DNA of 64,000 nt from Blasia pusilla (Eukaryota), in contig CM114271.1 of NCBI GenBank assembly GCA_050084515.1, forward strand, positions 11,594,001-11,658,000, written 5' to 3'. A program made the position numbers and the translations under genes. The notes beneath the pieces were generated by a model, which was not told where the DNA came from, did no database searches, and saw only the letters and a program-made list of their open reading frames with translations. Of this stretch, positions 38,431 through 52,413 are shown piece by piece (the first letter of the stretch is position 1; each line of letters opens with the position of its first letter).

Positions 38431-39728
38431 TTTGTAGTACTAACCTTGGTACTAACAATCATGTTTCACATTGTTTATAGGGAAGCAATCCCAAGTCTAG
38501 CTCCCAAAAGGCAGATTCCAAGACGTTTGAGCAGCGAGCGAGTAGGATCCTCAATCCCTTCAAAAAAATACCACACTCGACAACGTTGTCTAGAGGAGAC
38601 GGTGGATGAATAAATTGATAGATCGAGAGATTATTCAGATGAGCTATCTAAATCAGATGATGAGTTTGATGTGACAATGGAGAAGGAATCCTCTAAGTCT
38701 CCATCAAAGAACCCACCCACTATGGACAAATCACCAACCATAGTGCCATCACCACATCATTCCAATAAGCGAGCCAAATTGAATAGACAAAAGGTGATGC
38801 TCCAATCTCGTATTAATTTTCATTGAGTGAAAGTGTTTGATAGTATGCTATTGGGTGGATAATAGAATGCTTTATGCAACTATCACTTATTTCATTTTTT
38901 GATATCTAACACCTTATGATATAAGCAGGAGGTGTCACATGCGGTTGGAGATATTCCCTACCGCATGCCACAAGTCAACCAATGGCCCTTACCTCCTTTT
39001 ACTAGGTTTCCACAATGGCCTATCCCACCAGGTTCGTGCCCAATTAAGTTTTTTCTTTCAATGGTAATGATGTTTAGAGTAAGTTAGAGATTTAAGACTT
39101 ATAAAAATCTGCATGGTTCCATATGATAGAATTTTAATTACATTTGTTCTGATTTTGTAATGTATTTGATTGGCAACAAGCCTTGGATCCTCCTATCCAT
39201 CTAATCCATACTATGGATTGATGTCCACTCATGGCATCAATCCATCACAAGCCAACCCCACCACAGCAAGAAAGAGTGAAAAGTCTCTTGGACGCCATCC
39301 TAGAGCTCCTACACCTCCCAGTGGTAAGTCTCTTTTACCATAGAAGTTGCAACTTGACCTATAAACATGAAAATCTACAATTTGTTGTAATTGGTATGTC
39401 CATAAGTTTATTAGGGTCCATAAAATTATTCTCTCAGTTTGTTATGATGATGTTACAGCAAGTTCTAAAGTTGGACATCATCGACCAGAAAGTCTAAGGG
39501 AATGGAAGACAAGTACAAAGTCTCTTATCAAGAGGGGTTTAAAACCAAGAGTTTAAGTTGCATCATCAGGTGAAATTGTATCTGGTTGTGTTGAAAAAAC
39601 AACACGTCATGATGAATTGAAGGTTTGTGCCTTTTGCTGTTTGGACCTTAGAAGGGAGATTGATGAAGGATGGGAGTATGTTGGGAATGAGCTAAGTGAT
39701 TTTTAAATCGACCTTGGAAAATATCATG

Positions 39729-39731
<3 letters not shown>

Positions 39732-39814
<83 letters not shown>
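39732..39814. repeat. (AG)n microsatellite
   Basis: Direct reading. Confidence 0.95.
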
Positions 39815-39816
<2 letters not shown>

Positions 39817-41600
39817 ACACGCTTGAAGAAACTTTTCTATACTTTAGGGCTTAGCAAGGAATGCCCAACACCTCCAGATTATGCTTCTAGAAACTTGGGA
39901 AGCCCTGAAAATGTATTGGCCCTCACCAGAGGAAAAGGAAAAAGCAGAAAGGATGAAGATGAATAGAGGAAAGGTTGAGCACCCAAATAGAATCGGTCGA
40001 ACTGGTCACAAAGGAGTGAAACTCTCCCTGGTATGTAATTAGTTATGGTATTATGGATTTTATTCTAAAGATTCAGTGAAGTTTGATGCATATGCAATGT
40101 AAGTGGTAAACTCCTCTCTAACATTATCTTTTGTTTAGTAGATGGATCCTTCAAGTATGGTGTTTAGAGCAACAACATGATGGTAATGAGATTGATTCAC
40201 GTATTTATGGTGTTTGGTTATAAACTTGTAGATAAAAGAAAGAGGTGAAAGCCCCTTATTATATGACTTGGGAGAATCACTAGGGACAGATGAGGTTGGA
40301 CCAAGTATGGCGACTACCGGCACCAAGGTACATTATTTTCAGAGATTCAGTATGTGTTCTAAGTTTTAATTGATTCTCAAACTCTCCATTTGATCTCTTT
40401 ACTACATCTGTACGAGTATGTCATGTTTTAACTCCATCACACTATCGTGCACAGTTTTGCATATGGTCCTTCCAAACCATAGCATGAACCATACAGCACT
40501 CCCATGAACCATGAACCCCATCCGCAACTGTAAAGAAGTCAAATACCAATAGTTAGCAAGGGACTAAATGTCGTAAAAGATCTAATCTCTTTGAAATCAT
40601 ATTATTCCATCAATTACCTCAATGAAGGTCAACCCTCCTATTGGAAAGTTTCAAAGGAATTTCACGACATCTGGTCGGGTTTCCAACATAAGAATTGACT
40701 TGCATAAAGAGAGAGATTTTCAATTGACGTACTCCTATGATCTAGCAAGAAATTTCAATCTAGTACAAAAATATTCATTTGAAAAAGAATATCTAAAATT
40801 TTACCCTTTGCTTCTTATTGTTGTAATTGGAGCCTTTTACTTCCCCTTCGGTCATGCTTCCAACCCTCCCAATACAATGAGTCATAGGCTTGGACTTCTT
40901 CTTATTTCTCAGTGAGGACTTGATTTCTAACTCCGCGTGGTGTGCACCAAATAAAAACTAATGAGCAAGTATAATAGCTTGAAGGTGACTAAATTGTAAG
41001 AATGGCAATTGTGTAGACCTTGAGTAACTGCATTAGCCAAGTGTTCCTCTTTAGGATCTGAATGAAAATCATGGTGCAAAGTCTTCAAATTTTCAACACC
41101 TATAAATTAAAAGAGACAGCGAATATTTAAAAAATCAATCATTAGTCAAAATATTTATTGCATAGGACTCTAAAGGTAAAGCACTTATGATTTGCTGAGA
41201 CATGCATCCATAGAAGGTACCAAAAACACTCCATTTTTTCCACCAACTTGAAATATATTTAAGTGGTTCTAACCTTTAGCAAAGTGATTTGATGGGGCTT
41301 TATTCTTGTCCACACCATATGAACGTACACTATGTGGCTTTTCTTGACCTAGGAGATAAAAATTATTTCATCACAGAATTACACCCAAAGTGGGAAGAAG
41401 AAGCCATACAAAAGCGTGTCGACAAGCTCTTTAAGTTTTGAACTTCACCCATCCCGGAAAATTGCATAATCATCTCTACTAGTATTGACTAGAGTGTCGC
41501 TTCTCTTTGGCAACTTAATAATATCTAGTACCAATAAATCTTTATCTATTGGAACAAGTTCTTTTCCATATTGACCTAGGAGCAAATTGATTTAAACACA

Positions 41601-41663
41601 TCAATCAGAAGGGCAAGCATTTGAACGAATTGAACTTACTCCATTAAAAGGAAAACAAAGATG

Positions 41664-41718
<55 letters not shown>

Positions 41719-42008
41719 TCACTCTTTGGAGTTATGGCTTTGGGACCAAATCCACCATCACTTGAGGCACATGGTGAAGGGTCCCCATCTCCTTTGGCCA
41801 ACTTTGCCACCATACCCATAAGCACATTCAAATTCTCTTCTAAGTGTTGTTGGTTTCTTTGTAGCTCATGGAACTTGTTATCTTGTGACCTTTGACATGT
41901 TTCTATTTGGGCCATCAAAGTGCGCACCCCTTCATCCATCCTATTCCTCTTCACTGAGCTAACTCGTGAGATTTGACTCCTTTTCCTATTATAAAACAAC
42001 CCCCTCAA
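41601..42008 (-). pseudogene. TnpA-like coiled-coil exon remnant with (AG)n tract at 41666-41713
   Basis: LEENLNVLMGMVAKLAKG resembles MEILMGMMTELKGMVSKG of ORF 3678-4220. Confidence 0.35.
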
Positions 42009-42109
42009 AGTTAAGATGTAGGGAACAAGGGTGGACGCTCATCACAGATATAAGTAGCAAAAGTGGTTCACATATCTTGTCTGGTTCTTGTTGGTCATGT
42101 AAATTTTTC

Positions 42110-42630
42110 CTCTCTTGCCTACACTATTTGGAGTGTTAATAGATAAGATTGAAAAGTGGTTGGAAGATTATGAAAGTGAAGGTCCAAAGCTTGGTAATTT
42201 TCTTACCAAAGCTTTATTATATGTAGACGATATCAACTTATTAACACATGATGCTTGTGGTTTAAAAAAAATCTTGATGTTTTGGAGCATTTGCATAAGA
42301 AGAATGAAGCAAATACAAGTTAATTAACTTGGAGAAGTCTAAAATCATTGCAATGGATACTAAATGAAAGTTCATGTTCTCTTATAGAGATCATTAGAAC
42401 AAGTGAAGGGATACAAGGATCAAGGCATTTATTTCTCTCGTGATTAATTCTAATCGGGGAAAAATTTATTCAAAAGAGATAAGAATTTGGTTATAAAAAT
42501 TTGGATTCATATTTTAATCCATGCAAACGTGTTCATCTAGTTTCTTGGGGTCTCAAGAAGTTATTATTTAAGAGCTTAGTCCTTTTGGTGGTTTTAATAT
42601 ATGGTTGTTACATTGTCAAAAAGTTTCTTG
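42110..42630 (+). pseudogene. LINE (non-LTR) reverse transcriptase fragment
   Basis: LPTLFGVLIDK..ALLYVDDINLL (SPxLF / YADD motifs); degraded downstream. Confidence 0.7.
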
Positions 42631-42635
42631 CTATA

Positions 42636-43215
42636 TGTAATGTACAAGTGTTTCTATTTTATAGTTGATTTAGTAAGTTCGATCCCCAAGAGGATCATTG
42701 CTTGATGAAAAGAGAGTTCGGAATTACAATTCTGTTGTAATAATTGTATTTAAATGTGTGTGAGTTATATTCAATGTCTTATCAATATCTTCTGATATTT
42801 CTTAGTACCAAAGGATCTTTTCTTGGTTCTCTCTAGTGGAATTGACAGCATGTTCAGGTAGATTTTCTTCTCGACATCAAGAAACCTCACAGAGATCTCA
42901 ACACAGAAGCTGGCTTCTCCTACTTTCGGAACTCAATCCGTCTCGGCACGTTACTCTCTGTCAAACAGATTTCCTACAACTCATGTTGATTATTTCACTG
43001 ATGAGAAAGGTTCTCCTGATTCACTCCTCATTCTGCAGACCCAAAAAGAATACTCAGATATAAGCATCGCACATCAAAATGAATGAATGACTGCTTTACT
43101 ACTCCATCAAGAACGAGAAAGCTTCAAAATGTATACAAGCTCGAGAGGGTACTACTCTCTTGCTCGGACCATTCCTACAACATAAGGACTTCGTAAGAGA
43201 ATGATGATAATGACT
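42636..43215 (+). mobile_element. Partial copy of the ~1.25-kb LTR family (5' ~580 bp)
   Basis: Starts TGTAATGTA and matches 57569-58145. Confidence 0.85.
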
Positions 43216-45329
43216 TCTGCTTTGATGGTAGAAATGGCTCTCATAAGCCTTCTTTTTTTATTTCGAGCCTTAAGAGTATCTGGGAGTTTTAGGGTTTGCT
43301 AGAGCTTGAGTGCTAGAGTCCGGATTTCCTCATTGTAGAGGATGGGCATGGCTTGATATGACGATGTGGTTTCAAGAGTTGATACGATCAGGAATATCAC
43401 TTTTACTTTGATTTTACACGTATATGTCAAATCTATCCATGTGTTAGGAAAATCAATGATGTTTGGTATGTAGATGTGATCAACTATGTGGACTGTGCAA
43501 CGACGTGTGTGCACATGACATAGTACTCAAAATTTGAGTCTTGACTATAAGAAGATAGGATGGAAATGTTTTGAGAGGTTTCAAAAGATTTTTCCACAGG
43601 AGGAGGTGTAAGGAACTAACTCCTTATACTATTCCACTCGCAGAAACAAGTTGTCTATCCCTTGGAACGAAAGCTCTCTACTTGGGCATCACTTATATTT
43701 ACGAGGTTGAGATCTCTTAGCATGTCTCGCCTTCCTTGTCAGCTACAAGCTAGATGCTCAATGAGATGGCTTTCGTATGTGGTTTCCTGGTCTTCTAGGT
43801 GGAATGTGGTTGAGCAAGATTGGGACTTGAAATGTGCGAGACTTCGCAAGATTGTGATATGAATTGTCCTTGTGCATGATAATCTTATAGGTGTAGCTCT
43901 CGAGGACAAAATTTGCAAGATTTGAACATGATTCTAAACACTTCTTGTGCTCTATGATGATACGCAAAGTGCTGCTCACCTATATGGTTCATCTTTAGCG
44001 AGTGAAAGCATTGTTAGTGTCTCGAGGGCATCTAACCAGTGATCAAATCTCCCTTCTCCAGCAGTCATCTAACTAGTGACCATATTTCCTGAAGAAAAAC
44101 CATATCCCATCTATATAAAATTTAATCTTACAGAATTTTCTATCTCCTAAATCTGATTAGTCATAGTGCTAGTGTGGCACTGGTCTTGTGGATATTCAGA
44201 CAGTTTAGGAATGCATTCATAAAAGATGGGGGAAGTTGGACTTTGATTCAAAGTCCAGTCTTCCACACAGGTGATATTGCGGAGAAATTTAAACATTTGG
44301 GCCTTTAATTGTAGGCGCCAGGGGTGTGGATGAGAGGCAACAGACAGATGCATATTCTCTGGTGTGAGCCAAGATGCCTTGTAACGTTAATATCAGGAAG
44401 TACGACCCCACATTCAATAGCACCCACATTAGGGAATGGGAAAAATAGGATGAAATCAAACCTGATGCACGATTAGAACTAGGCGATTGTCGAAGGAACC
44501 GTCCCGCAACAAGTTGTGCCTCCATCACCCCTGAAGGCACATCCAGCACCAATGTGGCTGGTTTGGCATGGATGTTAAGGATGGTCCAGCACCTTTATTG
44601 GTCAATAATAGCCTTGAAGTAGAACTGATGTCTCATGTAACAAGTTCCAACAAGGCAAGTGAAGACTGTAAACACCTATGCAGCATGTATCAGGCACAAG
44701 ATTGTGTGTCTCCAATGCATCTTAAGGACTAATTTGCGACACTAAAGGACATTCTCAATCAACTGTCAATGGGAGGCTGTGTTGTGAATGGACAAGAATG
44801 TTGTGCTGGCATGGATGAGAGGCATGCCAGAGCTGTAGACCATTCGTACTCTCTTCATTCCCATTCAAATCTGACCCTCCAGGTTCGTATCAATTTCTAC
44901 TTCAGGAAGAAATCTTTCAGAATTTTGTCAGGAGAGTTGATTTTTCATCAATAGCCCTTGTAGGGACAACTACTGGTTCACTTCAATATCAGGTTCATGA
45001 AGTTGGATAAGACACTGGGAAAACTTCATATAAGTCCTCAAAGGAGAAGACCTAGTTATGCATGCGACAAGAAGCAGAAGATCTACCTAAAAAACTGAGC
45101 AAAGATTTACCTGCTTCTACTGCAGCAAGTAAGGCCACATGGCTAGAGAATGTTGAGAAAAATTCCAAGACAAGGCCACCAATAGCAACTCGAATTTTGT
45201 GGGCGCAAAACACTTGTGGTAGCTCTCTCATGCTGTTGAAAATCCGACCTGAACAGGGCTCCACGCTCTGGTTTCAAATATTTGATTCCTATTTGTTGCA
45301 TGTTAGGTTCGAGAACTTCCGTTGATCAA

Positions 45330-46915
45330 AATTTATAGTTCATCAGATCAGGAGAGCAGTGTGTCATACTTGCTCTCACTTGCACTGTACTGATGATTCA
45401 GTCAATGTTACCAATGATCAGAATGCCTTCTACAGGGTGATGGATTTGATGGGTCAAGAATTTGAAATGATAGACCCGGGAGCGATTGAAGAGTTCCTTG
45501 GAATAGGAATTGGCAGAAACCAAGAGGAACACTGGATTTGAATTCATCAGAGAAGATATATCTCCGAGGTCTTTAAGAAGTTTTGGACGCAGGATTGTGA
45601 ACCAATCTCCAGTCCTGTGGAAACACTGAAGAAACTAACTGAAGAGGACTGCCCTGGGACTGATGACAACCAAGCGAAAATAGCTAAGGTGGCATATCAA
45701 AGTGCAGTTTGGCAGCCTTGTGTGGGCTGTGATCTGCACCAGACCTGACCTGTCAAATGGAGTTGGAAATGTTGCCAGAAACATGAAAGATACTGGATTC
45801 CAGCACTGGAAAGTTGTTGAGAGGATTATGCAATCTCTAAAAGTGACATCAATAGATGTTTAATGTATCAGAAAATTGTGTACTTCGATGATCTTGTCGG
45901 ATATTCTAATGCTGACTGGGCAGGAGATTTGGATTGAATATATTTGTTGTAAAATATAGTAACTTGGAGTTTACTATAGTGAAAAGTAACTGATAGAATT
46001 ACTATAGTAACTTAGTGTTTTACCACAGTAAATAGTAATTTCTTGTTACCATAGAATTACCTCAGTAATTCTGAGAATTACTATGGGCGGCAGGCCCTAA
46101 CCCGAAAAACCCTAAAACCTAGAAACTCATTCTCTTGGCTGTATATAACCCCCTGAGGATGCCCTGCGAATTTACATTCTCTTAAACCTTTCTGGACACA
46201 ACTCTCTGAGCTGAGGAGCTGATTGAGAAGCACTGAGTGTGCTTTGCTTACCTGAGTGGATTGTGCTTCTGACCTTAGTAGTTCAGTGTGCTAAGCACTG
46301 AGTGTGCTGCTGCTTACAGACTGAGAGGTCTGCTGACTTGAGGAGTTCAGTGAGTCTTGTGATACAAGGTGTATAGTAGTACTAACCTGAGTGGTTGCTA
46401 TTGAGATGTCTACTGCTGCTAACCTGAGTGGTTGCTATTGCACTAAGTGTGCTTGAGAATGCAAGGTGATCTGGTGATGCAGGTTGTCTAGCTCTTTCCT
46501 CTACAATCTAACCTGAGTGGTTGCTATTGCACTAAGTGTGCTTGTAATAGCTAGGTTGTAGAGAAACTCTGATTCTAAAAATATTCAACTTAAAGAAATT
46601 GTTTTCTGTTGGGTAATGGTTATATCAGCTGAAACTCCAAGTTACGGAGGATTCTTGCTTTATCAAGCACTGAAGCTTAGTGTGCAGCACTACCGAGGGC
46701 TGAAAGTGAAGCCATTTGTTTAGAGTCATTGCTTGGAGACATTGATTTCAAGCAAGGAGCTACTCAACCGCAGCCATTTGTTCACAAATTTTGCTTGGAG
46801 ACATTGACTTCAAGCAAGGAGCTACTGTGATTCATTGTGGTAATCAGACTGCTATGCTATTACTCTGATTGATGCATAGAAGTTTCATGAAAGAATGAAA
46901 CATGTGGAGTAGCAA
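45330..46915 (+). pseudogene. Ty1/copia RT-RNase H remnant, split by an insertion
   Basis: FEMID.G..FLGI, HQRRYI, CTRPDLS, GYSNADWAGD (to ~45935); resumes ALSSTEA (~46660). Confidence 0.85.
45945..46627 (+). mobile_element. Solo-LTR-like insertion
   Basis: TGTTG…TATCA ends, TATATAA at 46143, internal repeats AACCTGAGTGGTTGCTATTG x3; no TSD found. Confidence 0.55.
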
Positions 46916-47175
46916 CCTATCTTTGTTCGGTCTGCAACAAGTTGGTATCAGTGAGGGTGAGGAATCGCGTCAAGTCAATACGCAAATGTCAAAATTGTTA
47001 AATGGAACTCAATACAGGTGGATGCAGTGAATCCAGACTGAATCAATGTAAAGAGGATAATTGGTGGATGATTCATCATTTACTTCCATAACCCAAACTC
47101 TAGATTTCTAAACTACCAGTCATTGCGGGCTTGGCAAAACCCGCTTGAACTGAATCTATAGGTTTCTGAACATGG

Positions 47176-47187
47176 GCTCTGATACCA
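47176..47187 (-). other. tRNA-iMet primer binding site of an LTR-element remnant
   Basis: Reverse complement reads TGGTATCAGAGC. Confidence 0.55.
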
Positions 47188-48427
47188 CAGTCGAGAAGAA
47201 CCCAGTGAACAATCAGCTACTGGAGGGTTCTGTTGCAACTATTCACATAGCAAGTTTTAAGTCCAGCAGAGGACTGTAACTGTTTGAACCATGTACGATC
47301 AAGTTATACAAACTATTTTACCCTTAGTTAACGAGCATACTCTAAGCTACTCGCCTGACCATGAGAAGAGTTGGGAGTTCCAAATCTACGTGGAGAAGTG
47401 TGCACTATCAGACTATTCAAAGTGAGGGACACAAGGAGAAAAATCATACAGAACAGCTCATCACACCAATTTTTCATCATATGAAGTCAGTTAGCCCCTT
47501 GTATGCTAGAATCAACACCATCGCGACTTCTTATGTTCATCTCCACACCGCTGCTGGAACAAAACCCTGATCGCCCACCGTTTCAAACTCTGCAAATCTG
47601 CAAGGAGTGGGATATTAGGCACACGTCATGAGCTGCTAATATGGCAACTTGGTCGGCACAAAGGAAATCCAAGAACACTACTACTATAGCAAGTAGCTGC
47701 AACCAGCATGGTCGGCACTCCTTTGCTAACTATACGTGCACATTCGACCATCCACGTCACTATGTAGCTGCTCAGATTCCTCTTCATTCTTTAGTCCAGA
47801 AACCTCACCTACTACACCACATGAGTCAGTTTCAGCCGAGAAGCAAAAACATATTCTGTAACAGCATTGCAGGACCTGCTCAAGACTGTGTTGTCTACAA
47901 AAGTGCTGGTCAGTACACTGTAGAAGGGAGAATTGGAAGCTTCTGGCAAAGGGTGCATGCAGAAGTAGGGTTCGCGCAGTATGACATTGACTTATTCATG
48001 GTTACCAAGAATCCACACGCAAAGCTTCGATTTACCAGTTACTGAATTGGCAAAATAATGCTTCAAATTATTCAATACCGAACCCACATTCATCAGTCTT
48101 AGCTGGAATCTTCCAGACTTCAAATGCATGAGTTGCTCAGGCTCTTGCCAGCGAAGCACTATGACAGTTCAAAGACGATCCCTCTTACAACAGTGCTACG
48201 GCAAAGAAAAGATAAATACTCTCCGACCTTGTTCATTTTATTTTAAAAGCCGAAATTGAAAAAACCGTTAAAGCTAGCCAAATTCACATCCACCGAGCTC
48301 GGATGAACACTGGCTAACATACCAATGTTAGCAATTTCAACCACAGGATACTACAGGAGTCTCTTGCACTCTTCTGCTCCTCTGCTCTAAATATTGCGCT
48401 TGAAATTCAGTCAGACATCACCATAGA

Positions 48428-49276
48428 TCAACTTCCACTTTCGCTGTCTCTATTCTTAGTTCTTTCCATGAGCAAAGCTTGAATTCGTTCCCGCTTCGAA
48501 GTATCGTGAGTAGGTTCTACGACTCGACTAGGACTTTTTCGGTGATATGAACCCTGTACTAGCTCAGCACGAGCCCATAGCAAAACAGCTCCGAAGAATG
48601 CGCATCCCATTGCCAATCCAACGCCCCAAACGGTTGCAGCTCTAGGAGTGAATCTTGGATGTGGATGCTGCGCGTAAATCACAGGCCCATGGTACCTTCC
48701 ACCAGAACTCTTGGAGGGAACTTCAATTGTGTTTTTACTCATGATTCGACGATACGCTGCTGTAATTCGTACGAATTCTTGACCATCTTTCTTGTTCAGG
48801 TCCGGGTGACTGCAGAGAGGAAGTAACCAGAAAAATATGAGCAACCAGAAATAATGTCGCTCCCATACTGACATAAAATGCCCTTGACTCATGTTGAAAC
48901 GCTTAAAAAGATTTATCATTTGCAATTTCCAGGGCTCAACGAAGACAAGGCTACGTCATGTTGAATGTTAACACTCTCGGCAGTGAACGAACGAGAAAGC
49001 CATCAACTCTATCATTCCTGAAGCTGCAACGTTAAATTTTCTGACACGCTTTGAAATCGTAAGCGGAATATAGGTAGGTTTTAGAGGAACAAGATCGGAC
49101 CACCGCAAGGCAAGCCGGCGATAAGCTCCCTTGACCTCCTCCACACTTGCATCAGTAGTAAGTCCAAGCTGGGAATAAGCAGCGGGTAGGGAATCGCGAC
49201 CTTGGCCTGAACTGTAAAAGAGACGATGTGTAAAAATTTGAAACAAAACTGGTGGAGATATGGTCTGACGAGCCAT
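48428..49276 (-). CDS. J-domain (DnaJ) protein, 185 aa, 2 exons (49276-49101, 48809-48428), with a hydrophobic segment after the J domain; possibly organellar
   Basis: AYSQLGL..ASVEEVKGAYRRLALRC|HPD..FVRITAAY; GT-AG intron 49100-48810 restores the HPD motif in frame; 558 nt total. Confidence 0.9.
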
Positions 49277-52200
49277 AATGCTGCCTGATTGCCTTCATGT
49301 ACACCTCGGGTGATCATCAAATTGTCACCTGAGCATCATGCCCTCTATCAACCCTCACGTCTCTCCGCCATCCCGTTCATTCCTTTCCATCACAATATAG
49401 ACCTTCTGTACGGATCTTTGGAGAACGAATAAATCTTGAATGTTCTACCTTCAATCAAATCCTCCAACTGTGTGCAATTCCCACGGTCGTCTCATCAACT
49501 GCAACAACTCGCACATCCATCCTCTCCAAACGAATTTTCCCAAAAAAAAAAACTCAATTCCCATCTTCCATGCCAATGCCAATCCAAAACCCTGATCCAA
49601 TCATTTTCGCCTCGCTGCGATGAAGAAGACTTAGACTGCGCGTCCTAAGAAGCACCAAATAAACACCAGAATACACCTGCGACGTGCGATCGGCAACTAC
49701 TCACGTTGCTTGAACGCAGGTCTCCAATTCTCCCAGTCTATCACTAGCAAAACAGATCGAACGTACACAACGTCGACGAACTCTGAGTTCTGTAGTCCCA
49801 GAACTCAGAGCCTTTATTGGCTCTGGGTTCTGGAACTCCGGAACCCCCCTACCACCCCTACCCACCCGTTATCCCAACCCCTACCCGTTATCACCCACGC
49901 CGGAAGGATAGTCCCGGCCGACGACCATATTTCCGCCACGTGGGTCGGATAGCGGATCGGGGGTTCACCAATGAACCTAACCTACCCACATGCGATGGCA
50001 ATGTGATTCGATGGCACATTCTCATGCTCACATGAACGTGGGCAGCGATGGCGGAGTGAAGTCTAGGACAAATGAAGTTTTTTTGGCCCTCCCTCCATTT
50101 AACCGCGCTCCGTCATTTGGTTGGATGCTTGATCATGACCGCCACCAATGAGCAGCCTTCGAGAGTCAATCCTCGCCTTCTTTGTGTGGCGAATGGTAGG
50201 TTGTCCTTGATTGACGGTGCAGATATGGGGGTCTTATGATCCAACCGTTACTTCGGTGTGAACGACCTCCTTTGTCTGGAGATCGATGCCTTCACTTTCC
50301 TTGCTCCACTTTGGCAATGAGGCAGCAACGAGGGGGAGCGGGGTTCTAGTGGTGTTGCACAAGGAGAGGAACATTCAACTCGTTTGGTCGGCTTTGACGT
50401 TCCTGGAATGCTTCGCAGATGAGATTGGGCAGGCCGTTTAGCAACGTAGTTCAAAGTAGAGACAGTGGCCGGGTGAAATTTTCTATCACATTAATTGGAA
50501 TGCTTACAGGTTTTGGTGGATGGTTGAAGGAAGGCGATCATCATTACAGCAAGGGGCTCCAAAAGTTTCAAGCAGGCTAAAAACGTTGGTGATTCCGAAA
50601 TACTTGAAGGCATGAGGGTTCGTTGTCTCTGATAGGTATGTTTGAATATTCCCTCTGAATCCAATTATTTTTATTATTCTTTCTCGTGCACTATAGTTGT
50701 GTCCGTCCGTATTGCATGTGAAAAGGCGTAAAGACTATTTTAATCGATGTGCCAAATCCCGAGCCCATACGAAAGTTTCAGTTTGTGTGGTAATTTTTTC
50801 CTCCAACTGTCACTATAGCCTTTTACAATTCACTTTTGTGCTTTCTTCTTGCTTTTTTCTCGATGTAAGAGTTGCTCGCTTTAGGGTTGTCTGACTCTAT
50901 CCTCTTGAACTGTAATTCAAGGGAAGCTTATGATGAATGCCATCATCACTAACAAACCTTTGATTTATTTCATGAATCAAAGTTTCATAAACATGTACCA
51001 CAATGGTTAATGGTAGCAAAAATCTCGGATACCCTTCATACTGTTGATCTCTTGTGCTTTCTTTTTCAACTTCTTCTTGCTTGTTAGCAATATTGTAACT
51101 GGTCTCAGTTGGTGACTCTGGTGTTTGCAAGAACCTTGCCCAAGCACAAAATGTCTAATGGTAAACAACAGTGTAGGACCTGAAGATATTGATTTCCACA
51201 TGAATATATCTTGAAGCCTTTTATTACTGATCTTAAATCTTCACCACCCGGAGAAACATTAAACAGCAAAGAGCAGAAGGCATTCCAGATCAAGAGGCTG
51301 ACTTTTGATATATGCTTTACTTCACCATTCACATTGCAATTCTGGCAATTTAGTGCAAAACCCTAGGACACTGTCACATGAAACTTTACCCAACCTTCCA
51401 TTATAAAACAAGGGCATAAATGATTTTCACCTTAGAAGGGAATTTGGATGGAGTTGATTCTCAAATCTTACCATAGTCAACTCTGGATTTTACACAAGAA
51501 ATTATGCTTATGTTTAGATGACCTACATAGAGGTCATTCAAAACATCTCATCTATCCTTCGCCCTCATCTACACTTGCCCTTCATCTCCACTCTCATCAT
51601 CTATCTCTTCAAAATCTTCAGCATGACGATTTCTTCTATGTCCATCCACGGTAGATAGTATGCCTCTAAGGCTTCTTGACAATCCACCTTGCGGATAACG
51701 CCGTGATGATGCTCATGGTGATGAAGCTTCCACTCTTGCCCGTTTAAATAATGGCGGTGGGGTTATACTATCTTCTTATCTTGGTTTCTTATCTCTTCTT
51801 GAAGACCCCTCATCCACATTGCCATGGTTAACCTCCATATCTTTCATCAACTGCGCAACTTTGAGTTGAACAAATATCTTGCTCACTAACTTCCTTGTCC
51901 TCTTTGGGAGGTCTTCGTAATTTAGGACGCCATTGAACAAAGCCCAATCCTTTGTCCACTCATTCTCTTCCACTTTCCTTGCAAATTCTCCAATTGCATG
52001 CTCCGGCCACTTCACTTGCGACTTCTTGAACTCTCTTTTTAGAACTTGTGGGTCATTGGCGCTATCCAAGTGCACCTTCAATTCATCTTTCTTGACGAAT
52101 TGCGAGACCTTCTTCTTGTTCACCTTCGCAGGGTTCTTTGGTGTCTACGTATCAAGGGGTTCTTTCTATCATCCTCATTGTTGTGAGGGCTACAATCTTC

Positions 52201-52413
52201 ATGAGGTGGCAACTCCATCTTGTCTTTTATCAAAATACAAAAAGAAAGGGTGATTTAGAAATGATTCCAATAATAGTGATACGATGAAACATGATACATC
52301 CATAGATCAATCAAGATTCATCATTTATAAAAATTCATAGTAACACATTCATCTTTTTGAACCAAGTCTTCCATTTCTCATGAAAAATATCCAATCCTCA
52401 AACGGATTTACAA

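Larger units (their letters stand above)
36400..40330 (+). mobile_element. Second, internally deleted CACTA remnant related to 2222-10098
   Basis: AT-rich subterminal-like repeats 36400-36990; GFLLANFRKCLP..PFVFPSQVEQVFF (37020-37405, homologous to the C-terminal part of ORF 6885-7709); WEALKMYW..ERMKMNRGKVEHPNRIGRTG (39895-40020, homologous to the TnpA-like exon). Confidence 0.75.

Noticed and set aside
44140-45050. Possible F-box pseudogene on the minus strand (PDKILKDFFLK..WRV..EW)
   Set aside because: Too degraded to support from motif reading alone
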